The notes under the pieces were generated by a model that was given only the letters and a program-made list of their open reading frames with translations, did not search any database and was not told the origin of the DNA. DNA of 64,000 bases, from IMG/VR virus record IMGVR_UViG_3300023174_000077, positions 32,001 through 96,000 of that record, one strand, 5' to 3'. A program made the position numbers and the translations under genes. Shown here one piece after another: positions 1 through 8,883 of the stretch (positions are counted from its first letter, which is position 1; each line of letters opens with the position of its first letter). The DNA is from a virus.

Positions 1-200
1 TCTTTTAGAAATAATCTATGTACTCGCAATTGCTTAAGTTCATCATCGGTATAAACTTCATTTGTTTCTATTCTAGAAATTGATTTATTAACTGAATGAT
101 ATTCGTCAAATAATTTTTTGAAATGGTTATTGCTCATTTTAAGTTCATGAATCAATTCGTCATATTCAGGAAATTCGTGGTGTAAATCGTGTTTTTCCAT
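1..200 (-). CDS. DUF465/YdcH-like small coiled-coil protein (runs off window edge)
   Basis: Manual translation from ATG at 200: MEKHDLHHEFPEYDELIHELKMSNNHFKKLFDEYHSVNKSISRIE..., typical of YdcH/DUF465; absent from the ORF track. Confidence 0.7.
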   Translation of the reverse strand, partial: MEKHDLHHEFPEYDELIHELKMSNNHFKKLFDEYHSVNKSISRIETNEVYTDDELKQLRVHRLFLK

Positions 201-240
201 ATTTTAGTTTTTATTTTATATTAATAAATAATTAATTGGT

Positions 241-447
241 TTATTCGTTTATAAAGTTGTTATTTTTGTCAAAAAATTTTTCAAATTCTAGTTCAATTAA
301 TTCTAATGCTTTTGATGTTGTATCTACATACCAAAGTAATTTTGTTTTAAAATTAACTGCGAATGTTAAATTGCTTCCGTCATAAATGTTTTTAATCGTT
401 AGATAATTTAATTCTTGTTTTCGTTCCGTTTCCGAATCTGATTTCAT
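241..447 (-). CDS. hypothetical protein
   Basis: 68-aa ORF overlapping the upstream gene by 4 nt (ATGA). Confidence 0.55.
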   Translation of the reverse strand: MKSDSETERKQELNYLTIKNIYDGSNLTFAVNFKTKLLWYVDTTSKALELIELEFEKFFDKNNNFINE

Positions 448-1268
448 ATATTTTTTATATTTTTTGTCGGTAAATTATCCCAATTTATTTTGGTACAAGC
501 ATTACATAATTTTTCCAAAAATGTAATGTTTTGATATTCATGAGTCGTATGCTCATTAAAATAACCTACCGATATATTAGTACATTCTTTAATTACACCC
601 ATAAAATTGGCTGAATCAGTAAATATACCAGTATCATCTTTTTTATATTTTAATCCTTGTTGTTTAAATGCTAAACATAAAGAATCTGCAAATTTATCGC
701 TACAGCAAGATTCAAACATTTGATGTGTTATAATTGAATTATAACCTCTTCTGTCAAATGATATACATCTTTGTATTTCATTTATATTTTGATGTCCATT
801 TATTGCTAAATCTGACGAACCAATTCCACCAATTTCTTCTCCTACAAAGAAATAATAAAGTCCAGGTACATTATGCTCAATCATATAAAGCATGATAGTC
901 ACACCTGCTTTATCATCAGCACCAAGTATAGAAGTTCCATCTGTTGAAACAAATAAATTATTATTTTCAATATATTTTACTAAATTGGTTTTTTGATGAT
1001 TTTTGGTAAAAGAGTCGAAATGTGAAGTGAACATGGTATTTGATTCTCCTATTTTTAAGAAATAATTACCATATTCATCTTCTTTTAAATCGTGATTAAT
1101 CCATTTTAATACTTCTGCTTCAGTTCCGTGTGGATATGTCTCTTGTGTAAGAGAGCAAAATGTATAAAATACATCTTTTGGATTATAACTAAAATTTTCG
1201 TAAATTTTTGTATTTACAGATTCTTTAATTAAAGGTTTATATTTACAAAAATTATTTAAATATTTCAT
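444..1268 (-). CDS. M28/M20-family zinc peptidase-like protein
   Basis: Metal-ligand motifs SHFDS, LGADDKAG, VGEE, FTDS, GYFNEH; late-type promoter motif upstream. Confidence 0.8.
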   Translation of the reverse strand: MKYLNNFCKYKPLIKESVNTKIYENFSYNPKDVFYTFCSLTQETYPHGTEAEVLKWINHDLKEDEYGNYFLKIGESNTMFTSHFDSFTKNHQKTNLVKYIENNNLFVSTDGTSILGADDKAGVTIMLYMIEHNVPGLYYFFVGEEIGGIGSSDLAINGHQNINEIQRCISFDRRGYNSIITHQMFESCCSDKFADSLCLAFKQQGLKYKKDDTGIFTDSANFMGVIKECTNISVGYFNEHTTHEYQNITFLEKLCNACTKINWDNLPTKNIKNI

Positions 1269-1293
1269 ATTATTTATATATTAATTCCATATA

Positions 1294-1557
1294 TTATAAC
1301 ATATCAGCATAAGATGCTTTAATTTCCAAGTATTCAACAAATAAATCAAACATATCTAAATAAATATCATAAATTTCATCTGCTAAATCTTCGCAAGATT
1401 GACCTGTTTTTTCTGATAATCTATCCAAATCATCTGATAATTCTTGTAATTCTTCATAGCATTCATATATTTTTTCTGGTAAATTTCGATTATATATAAC
1501 CATTTGTGATAATTCACCTAAAATATTTTGAACCGTATAATGTAAATTTCTAGACAT
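1294..1557 (-). CDS. hypothetical acidic protein
   Basis: 87-aa ORF in a tightly packed operon. Confidence 0.55.
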   Translation of the reverse strand: MSRNLHYTVQNILGELSQMVIYNRNLPEKIYECYEELQELSDDLDRLSEKTGQSCEDLADEIYDIYLDMFDLFVEYLEIKASYADML

Positions 1558-1903
1558 TTAATAATTTATATTGATATTGTTGGTATTTATTATTTAATCT
1601 ATCATAAACAGAACTATCCCAGCATTCTAATTTAGACCATTCTTCTTTAGTAATTGATTTAATTGGATAGGGTTCTTTTGTTACTTCTACTAAAACTTTT
1701 TTTGAACCATTAAAAAATAAAATTACATCACCTACTTTAATATCTATTTTGTTATATTGTTTAGACATATCTCTACTTGTGCCAGTTCTATATCCTTCAA
1801 TAACTAGATCTATGCATGTTTTTCCTTTAAATTCTGGCAGCATTTGTCTACCACCATCTCCGTCTTGAAACCACATAGGTATTCGATGATTAATTATTTG
1901 CAT
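1550..1903 (-). CDS. ASCH/PUA-like domain protein
   Basis: GYRTGTSRD...IKVGDVILF resembles the ASCH GxKTxTxR...GD motif. Confidence 0.6.
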   Translation of the reverse strand: MQIINHRIPMWFQDGDGGRQMLPEFKGKTCIDLVIEGYRTGTSRDMSKQYNKIDIKVGDVILFFNGSKKVLVEVTKEPYPIKSITKEEWSKLECWDSSVYDRLNNKYQQYQYKLLNV

Positions 1904-2619
1904 AATTCAGAAAAATTAGTTAATTTTTCAAATTGATCCCAAGTTATTAATTCGTCTGAATATTCGTTTTGTAAGAGTGTGTTTTTAATTTTTTGTGTTT
2001 TATGTTTATCATCAACAAAAAATCTTGGTTCTTCAATCCATTCTTTTGTTGTTTTCATTTCACCTAAATATTCACCACAATTATCACATACATGACCTTG
2101 TTCAATATGACCTGGTGCCCACATATAATTTTTTATAGCATGATTTTTATGCGGACATTTTTTACGAATTTCTGCTAATTCATTTTTAGCATCTTCAATT
2201 TGTTTATACAATTCTTGAACTCTTTGATTAGGATTAGGTTGTTCCATTTCAATTTCAAGCAGTTCTTTAATTTTCGTTTTTAATTTACAATCTATATCAC
2301 CACCTTCTAAAAATTCTGGTAAGTTGATTTGTATAGAACCATCTTTTCTTATGATTATTGAAGATTCTTCTCTTTCTGTCATAAATGTTCCCCAATTATT
2401 ATACCATACTTTAAATGTTATTTTTATACCATCTTCGTATGTATCATATGGTTCTGTATAATTTTGTGACATATTTGTTTTTATGGAAACATCTTCAATG
2501 TAATCACCATTTCCATATTCATCACCTAATTCTTCGAATGTTTTAATTAACCATTCTGCTGTTATATTTTGCAAATTCATTATATTGTTTTTAGTTTGAA
2601 ATTTTACTTTCTTTAACAA
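1894..2619 (-). CDS. hypothetical protein with Zn-ribbon (CPH...CDNC)
   Basis: ORF track; C-terminal Cys/His pairs; true start may be the downstream MNLQN. Confidence 0.55.
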   Translation of the reverse strand: MLKKVKFQTKNNIMNLQNITAEWLIKTFEELGDEYGNGDYIEDVSIKTNMSQNYTEPYDTYEDGIKITFKVWYNNWGTFMTEREESSIIIRKDGSIQINLPEFLEGGDIDCKLKTKIKELLEIEMEQPNPNQRVQELYKQIEDAKNELAEIRKKCPHKNHAIKNYMWAPGHIEQGHVCDNCGEYLGEMKTTKEWIEEPRFFVDDKHKTQKIKNTLLQNEYSDELITWDQFEKLTNFSELCK

Positions 2620-3175
2620 TTACTTTATTATCCTCAACTATAATTACCCCGACATCATCACTCTCTTCTCCTTCCCATTCAATTTTTCCATTTAATAGAA
2701 TACCCCATGGTTGGAAAAAATGTTTAATCATATATTGCAACCATTCAGTATAGTAGTAAAATTTTTCACCACCATCCCATTCTAAAAAATTGCCATCTTC
2801 TGTAAGAACCCATTGACACCAAAGACCAGGTTGACAAAGACCTTCTCTGATTTGTTGTGTAAGCTTTTTCCAATCATCGAAATTTTGACCTGGTGCAGAA
2901 TTGTAATCAATAATAGATGTATCATTGGTTTGACCACTTTTTCCATCATCCATAGCAAAATACTCTCCTTCATTTCCGTATATTTGTTCTGGTGTAAGAC
3001 TATCTATTGAATCATTATGTGGATATCCATGTTTACCATTATATAGTTCCATTAATTTAGATACATCTCTTCGCATTTTTCTCGTTCCGGAAAATGTATT
3101 GATATATTGTTTTTCTATTTCGGTAGCTGTTCTACTTAATTCTAATTTACCGTGAAAATCTGTTGTATAGCCCAT
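2591..3175 (-). CDS. conserved phage hypothetical protein
   Basis: MGYTTDF...WCQW...LEWDGGEKFY...LNGxIxWxGEE pattern; first gene after a host-type promoter. Confidence 0.7.
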   Translation of the reverse strand: MGYTTDFHGKLELSRTATEIEKQYINTFSGTRKMRRDVSKLMELYNGKHGYPHNDSIDSLTPEQIYGNEGEYFAMDDGKSGQTNDTSIIDYNSAPGQNFDDWKKLTQQIREGLCQPGLWCQWVLTEDGNFLEWDGGEKFYYYTEWLQYMIKHFFQPWGILLNGKIEWEGEESDDVGVIIVEDNKVIVKESKISN

Positions 3176-3192
3176 AATTTTTTTTATTTATA

Positions 3193-3224
3193 CAAATATA
3201 CGAAAAAAAGTTGACATTAACAAA
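3193..3224 (-). promoter_or_regulatory. Bacteroidota sigma70-type (-33/-7) promoter
   Basis: Minus strand TTTG-N20-TATATTTG matches the TTTG/TAnnTTTG consensus. Confidence 0.75.
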
Positions 3225-3255
3225 AAGAAATAAATTATTTTTTTGTTAATGTCAA
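3211..3255. repeat. 16-bp inverted repeat overlapping the -33 element
   Basis: TTGACATTAACAAAAA (3211-3226) / TTTTTGTTAATGTCAA (3240-3255). Confidence 0.8.
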
Positions 3256-3312
3256 TTTAGATAATAATCTTATCGAAGATCGGCAACATCATGATATATA
3301 TAATACTTATTA

Positions 3313-3714
3313 TTAATATACTAAATCTCGCCAGTATGAATCTGATATATCTATTACTTTTACATTTGGATTATATTTTTGTATACTTTCTGCTTCTTGT
3401 GGTGTATTTTCAAAATGAACTTGAATTCCTAATTCCGCTATTTTAGCATGTTTAAATAACCTATCTGTAAAATATATTTTATCAACACCAAGATAGTTAG
3501 CTAATTTGAAAACAGGTATTTCTTCACCCATACCTGAATTTGGTGCATATCTTTTCGTAATAATACAAACATCTTTTCCTTGTTGAATTAAATACTTACA
3601 AATTGCTTGTATTTCTTCTTTATCTGGATTTGGTGTATTATCATATTCATCGGTTAAAGTTCCGTCAAAATCAAATGATATTTTATTTTGATTAATCTGT
3701 GGTTTATATTTCAT
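3313..3714 (-). CDS. HAD-superfamily hydrolase
   Basis: Motif I SFDFDGTL and motif II ITKR; start revised to ATG 3714, just downstream of TTAATATATA (3719-3728). Confidence 0.7.
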   Translation of the reverse strand: MKYKPQINQNKISFDFDGTLTDEYDNTPNPDKEEIQAICKYLIQQGKDVCIITKRYAPNSGMGEEIPVFKLANYLGVDKIYFTDRLFKHAKIAELGIQVHFENTPQEAESIQKYNPNVKVIDISDSYWRDLVY

Positions 3715-3724
3715 GAAATATATA

Positions 3725-4933
3725 TTAAACATATTGTAGTTTTAGGGAGGATTCTTTAAATTCGCCTTCTTTAATTCCTAATTTAAAATTAGTAATACTT
3801 GTTAATTTACTTAAATTAGATTTTAATTCAGTTATATCAGATTCATATAATTTTTGATCAATTGTATATTTTATATTACCTTCTATTTGATCTAAACAAG
3901 TTATTACTATTGTATGTTTTTTATAAACATCATTTCCGTCTGGTATTCTATAAAAATTTCTATCACATTCAATTGCATAATTTATTAAATCTAAATCTAA
4001 AATAGATTTTCTAAAAATGCCCTGAAAGGAAGTATCAATATTTATTTCATGTTCATTATTTATTAATTTTGGCTCTGGTAAATCTCTATTAGACATAAAA
4101 CCTAAACCATGTCTTGTCTGATAAGCTCTTGTAATATAATAAACATTTGCTTCTGCCATATCTAAACCTAATTTATTAATTAAATTAAAAACATTTTTAG
4201 AAGTTGTATTTGATCTTGTAACATTTGGAAAGAAACCAAAATCCATATCTAAAAGAATACCTTGTGCTCCTTCGAATATAAAATGATCGTATTTATCATA
4301 ATCACAACTTGTTAAAAAATCATAATAATTAAATGTTAATTTATCTTTAGATAAAATACCATCTACAATTAATGTATCGATTGCATTGAACCAATCATCT
4401 AATATACCATTAGGTAATTCTATATTTCTATAATAATTTTTTATATTAGATAATTTTGCCTTCAAAATAGTTTTGTTAAAAATATCTTGAATGTATAATT
4501 TGTAATATGCTTCTTGTCTTTTTAAGGTTGTTCCAAATCCTACTCCAACTGAACCATGTTTATTTGCATTTTCTAAATCTATGTTAGCAAATACATCATA
4601 AGGAGTTGTTATTGGACAAAGTGGATCAAAATAAATATCAGGTTTTATGTTTAATTCTTTTAATTTATTCCATTCGTTTAACATAGCGATTGGATAAACT
4701 GTGCAGTATTCAGACCACAATGTAGTTACTCCTTGTAATGTTCCTGAGCCAAAAGAAGAAAATACATGGCGATTACCATTATGTAATACGGTATGTCCAG
4801 CCTGATGGCCGCCATTAAAACGGATTACTAATGGGGTTTCTTTATTATTTATTGATTGTGAGCAAAGCCAGTTCGTAAAAGAACCTTTACCTTCATCGCC
4901 AAATTGAAGACCCAATACGATTGAATATTTCAT
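3725..4933 (-). CDS. purA: divergent adenylosuccinate synthetase (PurA-like)
   Basis: GLQFGDEGKG P-loop, RFNGGHQAGHT, FEGAQGILLD, FPNVTRSNT, TRAYQTRHG. Confidence 0.85.
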   Translation of the reverse strand: MKYSIVLGLQFGDEGKGSFTNWLCSQSINNKETPLVIRFNGGHQAGHTVLHNGNRHVFSSFGSGTLQGVTTLWSEYCTVYPIAMLNEWNKLKELNIKPDIYFDPLCPITTPYDVFANIDLENANKHGSVGVGFGTTLKRQEAYYKLYIQDIFNKTILKAKLSNIKNYYRNIELPNGILDDWFNAIDTLIVDGILSKDKLTFNYYDFLTSCDYDKYDHFIFEGAQGILLDMDFGFFPNVTRSNTTSKNVFNLINKLGLDMAEANVYYITRAYQTRHGLGFMSNRDLPEPKLINNEHEINIDTSFQGIFRKSILDLDLINYAIECDRNFYRIPDGNDVYKKHTIVITCLDQIEGNIKYTIDQKLYESDITELKSNLSKLTSITNFKLGIKEGEFKESSLKLQYV

Positions 4934-4937
4934 ATTT

Positions 4938-5123
4938 TTATAGTTTAATTATTTCGCAATCTATATTCCAATAAACATCTCTTATACCTTTATCAGAATA
5001 TGTTATTAATCCAAATCCATTTTCTCCATTTTCTGGTATTAAGTTTATCCCATATAAAATAGCAATGCCATCTGGTGTTTTTATCTCTTTTAATAAACTA
5101 TTTTTAGCTTCTTCTAATGTCAT
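4938..5123 (-). CDS. hypothetical protein
   Basis: 61-aa ORF coupled to its neighbours. Confidence 0.5.
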   Translation of the reverse strand: MTLEEAKNSLLKEIKTPDGIAILYGINLIPENGENGFGLITYSDKGIRDVYWNIDCEIIKL

Positions 5124-5755
5124 TATTTCAATGTTTCTAAATATTCGTATATATTATCTCTTACCACCGAATCTGATAATCCCCAATGGAAAGCATCTTC
5201 TTTTAAATCTGACGGTAGAGATCTAAACAAAGTTTCTAATTCTTTAATAGTCATTTGTTTATCCAAAACTTCATAAACTGCATCGTGTAAGGAGTCCCAT
5301 TCACCATCTTCGTGAAACTTTTTGATTAATAGATCTTCGGCTGTTAATTCAACTTTGTTTTCAAATAACATTTCTCTTATACGATTCCAATCTACATAAG
5401 GTCTATCATCTTCGCCTTTTTCATTTTTTGTATTTGGATAAATAAGAGGGCAGCCAAGCGCAGCATCATCGATATAAAGATTTGCATAACATTTGTTGGA
5501 TTTAGTCCAAAACTTTTGTGATGGGTTTATTCCAACAGAATATAATGTGATGTCATTATCTTTGAACCAATTAATTGCATCTTGTAATTGTTCTCCATCT
5601 CTCATAGTAAATAAAATTAATTTATGTCCTAAATTAACTAATTCTTTTAGAACTGGAACTGCTCCAATATCTTTACCGACATTTGGATATTCATGTGTAA
5701 CACAAGTGCCATCAAAATCGACAGCAATTGTTAAATAATTATTTTTTTTCTTCAT
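5123..5755 (-). CDS. HAD-superfamily hydrolase (BT0820-like) with C-terminal extension
   Basis: IAVDFDGTCV, LFTMR, K..ANLYIDD; start revised to ATG 5755 (MKKKNNY). Confidence 0.8.
   Translation of the reverse strand: MKKKNNYLTIAVDFDGTCVTHEYPNVGKDIGAVPVLKELVNLGHKLILFTMRDGEQLQDAINWFKDNDITLYSVGINPSQKFWTKSNKCYANLYIDDAALGCPLIYPNTKNEKGEDDRPYVDWNRIREMLFENKVELTAEDLLIKKFHEDGEWDSLHDAVYEVLDKQMTIKELETLFRSLPSDLKEDAFHWGLSDSVVRDNIYEYLETLK
5710..5753. repeat. 44-bp direct repeat, copy 1 (5' end of HAD gene)
   Basis: CATCAAAATCGACAGCAATTGTTAAATAATTATTTTTtTTCTTC; one mismatch to 7351-7394. Confidence 0.95.
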
Positions 5756-5870
5756 AATATTTCCATTTATAGTTTCTTTAGATTTTACCAAATGTGAATG
5801 TCTATTATTTAGCTCAGTTAATCTAACATTATAACCATATTAAAAATTATACAATAATCTTCTTTTAAAC
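5739..5870 (-). pseudogene. 3' remnant of a decayed GIY-YIG homing endonuclease
   Basis: Frameshifted fragments LKEDYCIIFN, YGYNVR...HSH..KSKE and YKWKYYEEKK* resemble the catalytic Glu/GYN region, NUMOD3 and NUMOD1 ends of GIY-YIG enzymes. Confidence 0.55.
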
Positions 5871-5907
5871 CCGAAGATTTACCTTTTTTTTTTTACATTT
5901 AAATATA

Positions 5908-7236
5908 TTAATATCTATACATTTCAGGCTTATATGGTCCGTATTTCGGAACGCCTAAATATGTTGATTGCTCATCTGTAAGTTCGTCAAGAGTTACACC
6001 GATTTTAGCCAAGTGAAGACGAGCTACTTTTTCATCCAAATGTTTTGGTAAAACATATACTTTATTCTCGTAATTGCTGTGGTTGTTCCACAATTCAATT
6101 TGAGCCAAAGTTTGGTTGGTGAAAGAATTACTCATTACAAATGAAGGGTGACCAGTTGCACAACCAAGGTTAACTAAGCGACCTTCAGCTAAAAGAATAA
6201 TATCATTTCCATCAATGTTGTAGATATCAACTTGTGGTTTGATAGTGTCTTTAGTGTGACCATAATTTTCATTCAACCAAGCAACGTCGATTTCAATATC
6301 AAAGTGTCCGATGTTACAAACAATAGCCTTGTCTTTCATCAAACGGAAATGCTTTTCAGTTATCAAATCGCGACAACCTGAAGCAGTCACAATGATATCA
6401 GCTTCTTTAACAGCATCCACCATTTTCTTCACTTCGAAGCCATCCATAGCAGCTTGTAATGCACAGATTGGATCAATTTCAGTAACAATAACACGAGCAC
6501 CAGCACCACGTAATGACTCTGCAGAACCTTTTCCAACATCGCCATAACCACCAACAACAGCTACTTTACCAGCCATCATCACATCTGTTGCACGACGGAT
6601 TGAATCTACCAATGATTCTTTACAACCATATTTGTTGTCAAATTTAGATTTAGTAACAGAATCGTTTACGTTGATTGCAGGCATTGGTAAAGTGCCTTTT
6701 TGCATTCTTTCGTACAAACGGTGAACACCAGTTGTAGTTTCTTCGCTTAGACCTTTGATATGATGGATCAATTCAGTGTAATTGTCAAGAACCATGTTGG
6801 TCAAATCGCCACCATCATCCAAAATCATGTTCAACGGACGATCTTCAGAACCGAAGAAAAGTGTTTGTTCGATGCACCAATCTGCTTCAGCTTGAGTTTG
6901 TCCTTTCCAAGCGAAAACACCAATACCAGCAGCAGCAGTTGCAGCAGCAGCGTGGTCTTGAGTAGAAAAAATGTTGCAAGAACTCCAACGAACTTCAGCG
7001 CCAAGAGCCACTAAAGTTTCAATTAACACAGCAGTTTGGATTGTCATGTGCAAACAACCTGCAATTCGTGCACCTTTCAAAGGTTGTTGAGTGCCATATT
7101 CTTCACGAATAGCCATAAGACCTGGCATTTCTGCTTCGGCCAATTTGATTTCTTTGCGTCCCCATTCAGCAAGGCTCATATCTTTTACCTTATAAGGCAA
7201 TTGGATGTCAATTTGATTGCGAGTGATTGTATTCAT
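5908..7236 (-). CDS. ahcY: S-adenosylhomocysteine hydrolase (adenosylhomocysteinase)
   Basis: [55 protein letters not shown]; visibly higher GC than the flanks. Confidence 0.98.
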   Translation of the reverse strand: MNTITRNQIDIQLPYKVKDMSLAEWGRKEIKLAEAEMPGLMAIREEYGTQQPLKGARIAGCLHMTIQTAVLIETLVALGAEVRWSSCNIFSTQDHAAAATAAAGIGVFAWKGQTQAEADWCIEQTLFFGSEDRPLNMILDDGGDLTNMVLDNYTELIHHIKGLSEETTTGVHRLYERMQKGTLPMPAINVNDSVTKSKFDNKYGCKESLVDSIRRATDVMMAGKVAVVGGYGDVGKGSAESLRGAGARVIVTEIDPICALQAAMDGFEVKKMVDAVKEADIIVTASGCRDLITEKHFRLMKDKAIVCNIGHFDIEIDVAWLNENYGHTKDTIKPQVDIYNIDGNDIILLAEGRLVNLGCATGHPSFVMSNSFTNQTLAQIELWNNHSNYENKVYVLPKHLDEKVARLHLAKIGVTLDELTDEQSTYLGVPKYGPYKPEMYRY

Positions 7237-7269
7237 TTTGATTTATTTATGTTTTATTTAAAAGTTTGG

Positions 7270-7320
7270 TAAATAGAAATTGCTTGTCCTATGTATATTA
7301 ATATATATTCCAGTATACAT
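7270..7320 (-). pseudogene. 5' remnant of a decayed GIY-YIG homing endonuclease
   Basis: ATG TAT ACT GGA ATA TAT ATT (MYTGIYI) at 7320, then in a shifted frame TAC ATA GGA CAA GCA (YIGQA) at 7295; preceded by ATATATA. Confidence 0.6.
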
Positions 7321-7350
7321 ATAATATATATCAAAAATGTACATGTTATA

Positions 7351-7394
7351 CATCAAAATCGACAGCAATTGTTAAATAATTATTTTTCTTCTTC
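7351..7394. repeat. 44-bp direct repeat, copy 2
   Basis: Duplicate of the HAD 5' end; the start codon position reads ACG instead of ATG in this copy. Confidence 0.95.
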
Positions 7395-7625
7395 GTATAA
7401 TTTAAAATGTTTTAAAAATGTTCCGCCTTTATCTGTATCTAATCCAAATCCAACAATTCTATATTCGTCAAACTTGACAGAATAACTATCACCAAATACA
7501 TTTCTAAAAAAAGTGCAGTCATATTTTTCCCCTTCCACGAACTCAAATGGACCACCATTTAAATTTTGTTCGACAGAATCGTCGATATGATACCATTTGG
7601 ATGATTTTATGCAAATAAATTTCAT
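7380..7625 (-). CDS. hypothetical protein
   Basis: 81-aa ORF whose 3' end overlaps direct-repeat copy 2. Confidence 0.6.
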   Translation of the reverse strand: MKFICIKSSKWYHIDDSVEQNLNGGPFEFVEGEKYDCTFFRNVFGDSYSVKFDEYRIVGFGLDTDKGGTFLKHFKLYEEEK

Positions 7626-7640
7626 ATAAAATAAATAGTT

Positions 7641-7670
7641 CCAAGAATACCCCTTTCGAAGTATTCTTGG
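7641..7670 (-). terminator. stem-loop downstream of vWA gene
   Basis: CCAAGAATAC-N10-GTATTCTTGG, perfect 10-bp stem; weak U tract. Confidence 0.55.
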
Positions 7671-7679
7671 ATGAGTTAA

Positions 7680-8618
7680 TTAAAGTGCAACTACACCTGT
7701 GTTTTGAGAAAAAGTAGTTACTGAAGTATCAACTTTTGCAAGTGCTGTTTTCACTCTACCCGCTGTAATAGGATCAAAAGAAGAAGTAACTGTATCGATA
7801 TTCACGCCATTCATTACTGCAACTGTTGAAGCAATAATTTCAGCAACGTCATTATAATCATCCATAATGATTAATCTTTCGCCTAAAAGATTTTTCCAAT
7901 AGTTCATTACTCCTGGATCATCTTTATATGATGTTTGATTTGCGTGTATATGAAATACATGATACATTTTTTGTGCCATTTCAAGCATTTCTTTATCGCT
8001 CATATCTTGACCCGCTTCATAACCAAATATTTTAATTTGTTCATCAGCAGTGAATAAGCGATGATTTTTTTCATCACCGATTGTAAATAAGAAGCCTTTT
8101 TTACCTCTTTTTTCATAACAATCAATTGAGGTATGTTTTCCGGCAAAATAGTGTGCAAGACAATAAGATTCGCAACTATTTCCTCCTCCACCACCTTCTA
8201 AATAAACAGAAGAAAGGCATTTAATCAATTCATCAGTGCCACTTTCAAATTGTCCAACTTGAAGAGGGTATTTATCTGAATATCTACCAGTGTTGTGATC
8301 GCCAATTGCTCCAAAGAAAACAGCAGCATCTTTAACACCATGATTGATTAAGGTGCTCATGATTTTGTCTAATTTTTCTTTAACAATTATTTCAGGTATT
8401 TTACCCATAGAGCCTGTAACATCTAACCATATCATTATTGCTAATGATTCTGGATGGTTTGCTGAATCTCTCGCTTCACGGTAAGCAATACCTGTTGGGT
8501 TCATTGTGTCAGCAATGGTTCTAGTTTTATTTTGTGTAAAAATGTCGTCAGCCGCTTTGGTTTTAGCGGAACTGGAAAAGTACGAATAAGCATCGTGGCT
8601 ATAAGATGAACTTCCCAT
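7680..8618 (-). CDS. vWA-domain protein
   Basis: MIDAS-like LDVTGSMG, EGGGGGN..ESY, FTIGDE. Confidence 0.85.
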   Translation of the reverse strand: MGSSSYSHDAYSYFSSSAKTKAADDIFTQNKTRTIADTMNPTGIAYREARDSANHPESLAIMIWLDVTGSMGKIPEIIVKEKLDKIMSTLINHGVKDAAVFFGAIGDHNTGRYSDKYPLQVGQFESGTDELIKCLSSVYLEGGGGGNSCESYCLAHYFAGKHTSIDCYEKRGKKGFLFTIGDEKNHRLFTADEQIKIFGYEAGQDMSDKEMLEMAQKMYHVFHIHANQTSYKDDPGVMNYWKNLLGERLIIMDDYNDVAEIIASTVAVMNGVNIDTVTSSFDPITAGRVKTALAKVDTSVTTFSQNTGVVAL

Positions 8619-8635
8619 AATTTTTTTTTTTAATA

Positions 8636-8860
8636 TTAGTTAATTGAAATTTCTTTAATAATTTCTTTTAATGAATCGATTTTATCTTTTGCATCTGTGT
8701 ATTGTGCAACTAATTTATCCATTTCTTCGGTGTGTTGAGGATGTTCTCCGATGGCAACCGGATTTTTAACATAAACTTCGAATCTGGCTATTGCATCATC
8801 CATTTCGGCGTTATATTTTGATAATAATGATTTTACTAATCTGTTTTTAATTTTTTCCAT
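8636..8860 (-). CDS. conserved small phage protein
   Basis: NPVAIGEHP motif between two helices, a pattern common in T4-like phages. Confidence 0.65.
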   Translation of the reverse strand: MEKIKNRLVKSLLSKYNAEMDDAIARFEVYVKNPVAIGEHPQHTEEMDKLVAQYTDAKDKIDSLKEIIKEISIN

Positions 8861-8883
8861 AATTATTATTTTTTTTGTTTTAA

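Noticed and set aside
3725-4933. PurZ / 2-aminoadenine (Z) genome
   Set aside because: The P-loop keeps the PurA Asp (GDEGKG) rather than the PurZ Ser, and no DatZ or MazZ-like gene is visible in the window.
7237-7350. SAH riboswitch upstream of ahcY
   Set aside because: The leader is AT-rich with no recognisable riboswitch structure and is better explained as an endonuclease remnant.
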